Assembly: GCA_965238175.1 (NCBI GenBank)
Contig: CBDEGZ010000003.1
Coordinates: 1,920,001-1,984,000 of the forward strand
Reading direction: 5' to 3'
Length of the DNA: 64,000 bases
Source of the DNA: Gammaproteobacteria bacterium
Lineage (GTDB): Bacteria; Pseudomonadota; Gammaproteobacteria; CAJXQU01
Shown here: positions 59,199 through 64,000 of the stretch, piece after piece
Layout of the letters: each line of letters begins with the position of its first letter
Numbering within the stretch: position 1 is the stretch's first letter
The notes under the pieces: generated by a model
Seen by the model: the letters and a program-made list of their open reading frames with translations, nothing else
Database searches by the model: none
Told to the model about the DNA's origin: nothing
Program-made: the position numbers and the translations under genes

Positions 59199-60848
59199 TC
59201 ATGAAAGTTCGATAACCTGATCCATTTTTTCTAAGCCTACTTTTTTATGTGTGATCAATAAAATGCTGCGCTCCGAATACTCATTAATAATTGCGTTGAG
59301 TAATTTGGTTTCCGTTTCGATATCCAAACCCTCTCCGGGTTCATCCAAAATCAAAATGGGTGAGTCTTTAAGTAATGCGCGAGCTATGATAATCCGACGA
59401 GCCTGGCCGCCAGAAAGCCTTAATCCTGCCTCACCAACCCAAGTCTCGTAACCTTCGGGGAGCGTAGAAATAAATTTATCGATTTGTGCTAGTTTGCAAA
59501 CGTGATCTATCTCCTGATCACTTGCATCTGAGTTTGCCAGTAATAAGTTTGCGCGAATTGTACTATTAAATAAAACCGATTGCTGAGAGACGACAGAAAA
59601 ATATTGACGCAGATCATTACTATGAAAATTTTCAATTGGAAAATCACCAAATATAATTTGACCTTGCTGATGAGGCCAAAACCTCAGTAATAAATTGACG
59701 ATACTGGTTTTTCCACAACCACTTTTTCCAACGATGCCTAAATTATTTCCTGCTGGAAGGTTAAAGCTAAGATTGTGAAGAACCTGATTTTGATGATAAG
59801 AAAAATTAACTTGAGCAAATTTGATGTCCATATTTTTCGGTGATGGAGAAGTTTGTTCAGGTTCTGAAATAATTGGTTTGGAATCAACAATACTAAAGAT
59901 GCGCCTTGTAGCGGTTAATGTTTCTGGTAGAAGTTGGAAAGCAAGTGGTAATGGGAGAATCGCTTCAAATGTTGCGAGTATAAAAAGCGCTAACATTGGT
60001 AGCTGTGCGGGTTGCAATTTTTGATCGGTGATTAACGGAATACAAATAAAGAGCGTTGATAACATGGCAAGATTTGCAAAAAGACTGATCATGGATTGAG
60101 AAAAGGCTGAGAATTTTCTCTGCGATAATTGATCCTTATTAAGTTGATTGGTTAATAGGGATAATTTATTTTGCTGAATATCTCCAACTCCATAGATCAA
60201 AATCTCTCCCATTCCTTGTACGCTATCGATTGCGATCATGCGCATTTCGGATTTTGTTTTAACCAGTCTCTCACCCGAAGGTTTTGCATAATAATTAATA
60301 ATAAGAGGAATAATAAAACCAGCGACTAAAACAAGGAATATTTCTACATAGAGTAATTTAGAATCGTAGCGATTAAGAAATAAGCAGAAAAGTAGGGTGG
60401 CGATTATTGCAACAATAAGCGGTAATAAAATTCGCAAATAGAAATTTTCTAAATGATCAATATCTGCACGCATTCGGCTGAGTAAATCACCGCTGTGATA
60501 GTTTTGTAGAATGGCAGGAGCGAGCGGTTCGAGGTGATCATAAAACCAACTGCGCAGGTTTGATAAGATACGAAAAGTAGCTTCATGCGTCACCAGGCGT
60601 TCTGCATAACGACCAGCGGTGCGTACAATTGCAAAACCACGAATAGAAGCGGCTGGTGTGAAATAATTAACTTGCGTAATTCCTGCCGCACCAGCCATTC
60701 CCATAGTCGTGATAAACCAGCCAGCCAGCGCAAGTAAACCCACATTGGCAATAATGGTAACCAAAGATAATAGAACCCCAAATAGCATCCAACCCCAACA
60801 AGGACGAAACAGTAGTAATAGGCGAGAGAATAGTTTTATTGATTCCAT
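59199..60848 (-). CDS. cydC: Thiol reductant ABC exporter CydC
   Basis: R...RYAERLVTH.ATFR.L; ABC cassette; follows cydD. Confidence 0.92.
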   Translation of the reverse strand: MESIKLFSRLLLLFRPCWGWMLFGVLLSLVTIIANVGLLALAGWFITTMGMAGAAGITQVNYFTPAASIRGFAIVRTAGRYAERLVTHEATFRILSNLRSWFYDHLEPLAPAILQNYHSGDLLSRMRADIDHLENFYLRILLPLIVAIIATLLFCLFLNRYDSKLLYVEIFLVLVAGFIIPLIINYYAKPSGERLVKTKSEMRMIAIDSVQGMGEILIYGVGDIQQNKLSLLTNQLNKDQLSQRKFSAFSQSMISLFANLAMLSTLFICIPLITDQKLQPAQLPMLALFILATFEAILPLPLAFQLLPETLTATRRIFSIVDSKPIISEPEQTSPSPKNMDIKFAQVNFSYHQNQVLHNLSFNLPAGNNLGIVGKSGCGKTSIVNLLLRFWPHQQGQIIFGDFPIENFHSNDLRQYFSVVSQQSVLFNSTIRANLLLANSDASDQEIDHVCKLAQIDKFISTLPEGYETWVGEAGLRLSGGQARRIIIARALLKDSPILILDEPGEGLDIETETKLLNAIINEYSERSILLITHKKVGLEKMDQVIELS

Positions 60849-62593
60849 GCTTGATTATTTGTCTGAGTACTTATGGAATATTGTTTGATAAGAGCAGAAT
60901 ATTCACCTTGCTTGTTTAGTAAGGTTTGATGAGTCCCAGATTCAACAATTACACCTTGCTTCATAACAAAAATTTGATCTGCTTTTTCTACTGTTTTCAA
61001 TCGGTGTGCGATCATAATTACCGTTTTATTTTTTCTGAGTTCATTGAGACTTTGTTGAATTAATTTTTCACTCTCCTCATCCAAATTTGCGGTAGCTTCA
61101 TCCAGTAAAATAATCGGCGAATCTTTTAGAAAAGCACGTGCAAGTGCCAGACGTTGGATCTGGCCTCCTGATAATCCTTGTCCGCGTTCACTAATAATTG
61201 TGTCGTATTGATCAGGCAAAGATTCAATATAGTTATGAATATTGGAAAGACGTGCTGCGGTTATTATTTGATCGTCATTGGCATTGTTCATTCCTAATGA
61301 AATATTTTCTCGAAGTGTTGCATGAAAAATATGTGGGTTTTGTGGAATCCATGAAATTTGTTTGCGCCAGGTTTTTATGTCGATATTATTCAATGAAACA
61401 TCATTTATTTTTATCTGACCTTGTTGAGTTTGAATAAACCCGGCGAGTAGTTTAATGATAGTACTTTTGCCTGCACCGCTTTCACCAACCAATGCGATAA
61501 GTTTTTTTTGTGGGATTACAAAGCTTATATTTTGTAATGTGGCTTCTCTTTTTTCATAAGAATAACTTACTTGATCAAATTCAACATTAAATGCATTTTC
61601 ACTTTTTGAAAGTAAAAATTGCTCATTCGATTGTTGCTGCAATGGCTTTTCAAGGATATTGACAATTTTTTCCGCTGCACCAATCGCTTCAAGTCTCGCG
61701 TGATAGTGCGTACCCATATTACGAAGAGGCAGATAAAATTCTGGTGCTAATAACAGCACAAAGAAACCAAAGAAGAAATCAATTTCACCATAGAAAAGCC
61801 GAAATCCGATGAGTACCGCAACAATGGCAATACTAATACTGGCAAGAAATTCCAATACAAGGGAAGAAAGAAAAGCAACGCGTAAGACAGATAGGGTTGT
61901 TTTACGATAATCTTCTGAAACTCTGCTGATCGTAGCGGCTTCGCGTCGGCTGGCATTAAAAATTTTAAGCGTAGTAATTCCTTGGATCATATCGAGGAAA
62001 TGTGCGCTCATGCGGGCAAGTTTCTGCCACTGTTTTTTGTTGAGTCGTTCTGTGCCTTTTCCGATCAAAATCATAAAGAAAGGAATAAGTGGAGCAGTTA
62101 CTAAAAGCACAATTCCAGAGATCCAGTCGATCGGGAAAACAAAAACTAATATAGATAAAGGGATCAGTGCGACCAATGCCATCGTTGGCAAGTAGCGAGC
62201 GTAATAATTTTCTAAAGCTTCAACCGCATCAATCATGGTGTTGATTATTTCACCGCTATGCCGATCAGAAATAGCATTTGGGCCAAGCGCAAAAATCTGT
62301 TTGTGAATTTGATCGCGCAGTTCAAATTTCACTTTTGCTGCAGCTTTAAAAGCGCTTATTTCTGAACCCCAGTTTAGCAATGCTCTTAATAAGAAAATGA
62401 ATAACATACAAACAAGCCAATGTTGTACATCAACAAGCGTTGATTGCTCAAAAATAACGGCAGTAATAATTTTAGCCAGAAACCAGGCTTGCAGGATCAA
62501 TAACAGTCCGGAGCTTAACCCTAGACCAATCGCAAAGGAGAGATAGTTTTCGGTATGTTTTTTTTGTGACTTAAGAAAGTCAGGAATTCTCAT
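60836..62593 (-). CDS. cydD: Thiol reductant ABC exporter CydD
   Basis: Y.ARYLP, T.PLIP.FM, LR.AFLSS.VLE, LAPEFY.PLR; ABC cassette. Confidence 0.93.
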   Translation of the reverse strand: MRIPDFLKSQKKHTENYLSFAIGLGLSSGLLLILQAWFLAKIITAVIFEQSTLVDVQHWLVCMLFIFLLRALLNWGSEISAFKAAAKVKFELRDQIHKQIFALGPNAISDRHSGEIINTMIDAVEALENYYARYLPTMALVALIPLSILVFVFPIDWISGIVLLVTAPLIPFFMILIGKGTERLNKKQWQKLARMSAHFLDMIQGITTLKIFNASRREAATISRVSEDYRKTTLSVLRVAFLSSLVLEFLASISIAIVAVLIGFRLFYGEIDFFFGFFVLLLAPEFYLPLRNMGTHYHARLEAIGAAEKIVNILEKPLQQQSNEQFLLSKSENAFNVEFDQVSYSYEKREATLQNISFVIPQKKLIALVGESGAGKSTIIKLLAGFIQTQQGQIKINDVSLNNIDIKTWRKQISWIPQNPHIFHATLRENISLGMNNANDDQIITAARLSNIHNYIESLPDQYDTIISERGQGLSGGQIQRLALARAFLKDSPIILLDEATANLDEESEKLIQQSLNELRKNKTVIMIAHRLKTVEKADQIFVMKQGVIVESGTHQTLLNKQGEYSALIKQYSISTQTNNQAWNQ

Positions 62594-62692
62594 GAATAAA
62601 AATGCATGCAGAATATAAGATGATCAATAAAATAATTTTTATTAGTGCTCGTTGTTGTGATAGAACATAACGTTTATAAAAATGATCCGTTT

Positions 62693-62794
62693 TTATTCAT
62701 CATCCTCAAGGCCATTTAGTTCCAGCCACATAACATTAATAATTCCAAAAGCACAGGCGAGTAGCACACCAAGAATCCATGCGAAATACCACAT
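62693..62794 (-). CDS. cydX: Cytochrome bd oxidase small subunit CydX
   Basis: Hand translation MWYFAWILGVLLACAFGIINVMWLELNGLEDDE; AGGAG RBS; immediately after cydB. Confidence 0.93.
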   Translation of the reverse strand: MWYFAWILGVLLACAFGIINVMWLELNGLEDDE

Positions 62795-62805
62795 ATAAAT
62801 ACTCC

Positions 62806-63951
62806 TTAATAAAGTGAATGATCATTCTGCCGAATCGTTTCGACAGTATGTTTTCCCCACATGGTTTTATAACACCATGCCGTGTACATAAGAATGATGG
62901 GTAAAAAGAAAACGCTAACCCAGAACATAATACTTAATGTCAGATGGCTAGAGGTTGCATCCCAGATTGTCAGACTATGATCAGGATTTAAATTCGATGG
63001 GAAAATAAATGGGAATAACGAAAAGCCTGCAGTCAAAATTATTCCAATTAAGCTTGCACAAGAGCAAATAAATGTACGTTTTGGTTTTAGTGCTTTAGCT
63101 CTATTGAAGGCTCCAAAAGCACCACTAAAGCCAAGCAGAGGAGCGACCAGAAACCCAGGGTATTCCAGATAATTATGTAACCAGCTTACTTCGCTTACGC
63201 TGACAGTCTTATTGGTTGGATTGCCTACGCTATTTAAAGCTAAATTACTTGTAACAGAATAACCATCAATAAATAACCACAGCCATAAACCTTCTATGGC
63301 AAATAATATCATTACTACTAGTGCGGCTTTATGTAGAAAAACTTCCGAACGTTGATAGACTACACCCTCAGAACGCATCATCAAATAACTGGCACCTTGC
63401 ATGACGAACATTGCGATAGCGAGTAAGCCTGCGAGTAAAGCAAAAGGATGGAGTAACTGAAAAAAACCATCGCTTAATGTTGAGCGCATAGTGTCGTCAA
63501 ATTCAAAACCAATGCCAAGGAACAGGTTTCCCATGCCAATGCCAAGGATCAGCGGTGGAACAAAACCAGGAATAAATAAGGCCCAGTCCCAACAATTTCG
63601 CCAGGTTTTATTTTCTAGTTTTGATCGATAATCAAAACCAACTGGACGCAAAAATAAGGTAAATAATAAGATCAGCAGGGCTAAATACATCGCTGAAAAT
63701 GCGGTTGCATAAAGCGTCGGCCAAGCGGCAAATAAAGCACCTGCGGCGAGGATTAACCAGACTTGATTTCCATCCCAATGTGGTGCAATTGCGTTAATTG
63801 CAATACGTCGTTCTGCGTCTGTTTTACCAACAAAAGGCAATAGCATCGCAACACCCATATCAAAACCTTCGGTTAGCGCAAAACCAATCCAGAGTACGCC
63901 GATGAGTATCCACCAGATTAACTTAAAAAATTCATAGCTAAATAGTTCCAT
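62806..63951 (-). CDS. cydB: Cytochrome bd ubiquinol oxidase subunit II
   Basis: GFD.G, PHWDGNQVW, RPVGFDYRSK, SLTIWDATSS motifs. Confidence 0.95.
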   Translation of the reverse strand: MELFSYEFFKLIWWILIGVLWIGFALTEGFDMGVAMLLPFVGKTDAERRIAINAIAPHWDGNQVWLILAAGALFAAWPTLYATAFSAMYLALLILLFTLFLRPVGFDYRSKLENKTWRNCWDWALFIPGFVPPLILGIGMGNLFLGIGFEFDDTMRSTLSDGFFQLLHPFALLAGLLAIAMFVMQGASYLMMRSEGVVYQRSEVFLHKAALVVMILFAIEGLWLWLFIDGYSVTSNLALNSVGNPTNKTVSVSEVSWLHNYLEYPGFLVAPLLGFSGAFGAFNRAKALKPKRTFICSCASLIGIILTAGFSLFPFIFPSNLNPDHSLTIWDATSSHLTLSIMFWVSVFFLPIILMYTAWCYKTMWGKHTVETIRQNDHSLY

Positions 63952-64000
63952 GATATTGTCCTATGCTCTGGCCTCCTATAATAAATGTTGTGTTTGGTTA

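Noticed and set aside
83-62195. Numerous 60-140 aa ORFs overlapping well-supported genes
   Set aside because: Antisense or alternate-frame shadows with no motifs
63952-64000. 3' end of cydA
   Set aside because: Expected by context but too short to assign a frame or motif

Overview
AT-rich (roughly 38-40% GC by eye) chromosomal segment, most likely from a marine gammaproteobacterium. Housekeeping genes (aat/bpt, sbcB, yheS, rapA, galE, cysC, dsbB, ybgC-epmB-efp-epmA-yoaA, cydB-cydX-cydD-cydC) are interleaved with accessory blocks. The main candidate for an undescribed system is 6.5-14.6 kb: a CHASE2 class III nucleotide cyclase with non-canonical specificity residues, a FecR-TPR-beta-barrel outer-membrane receptor, a small secreted Cys-loop peptide precursor, a Crp-family regulator and an intracellular-type subtilisin. 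Two near-identical CRP boxes (TGTGAGAAAAA[A/C]CACA) sit in front of the peptide and protease genes. Other notable blocks are a MocR regulator with a duplicated 37-bp operator in front of an NTF2-fold gene and a molybdopterin oxidoreductase; mxaRSACKL without adjacent mxaFJGI; a MoxY-like two-component system; a TIGR03032 gene paired with a repetitive VPLPA-CTERM surface protein beside a RAYT remnant; and a matrixin/FG-GAP protease with a secreted partner. No rRNA, tRNA or CRISPR array was recognised. All calls come from motif recognition by eye; no database searches were run.
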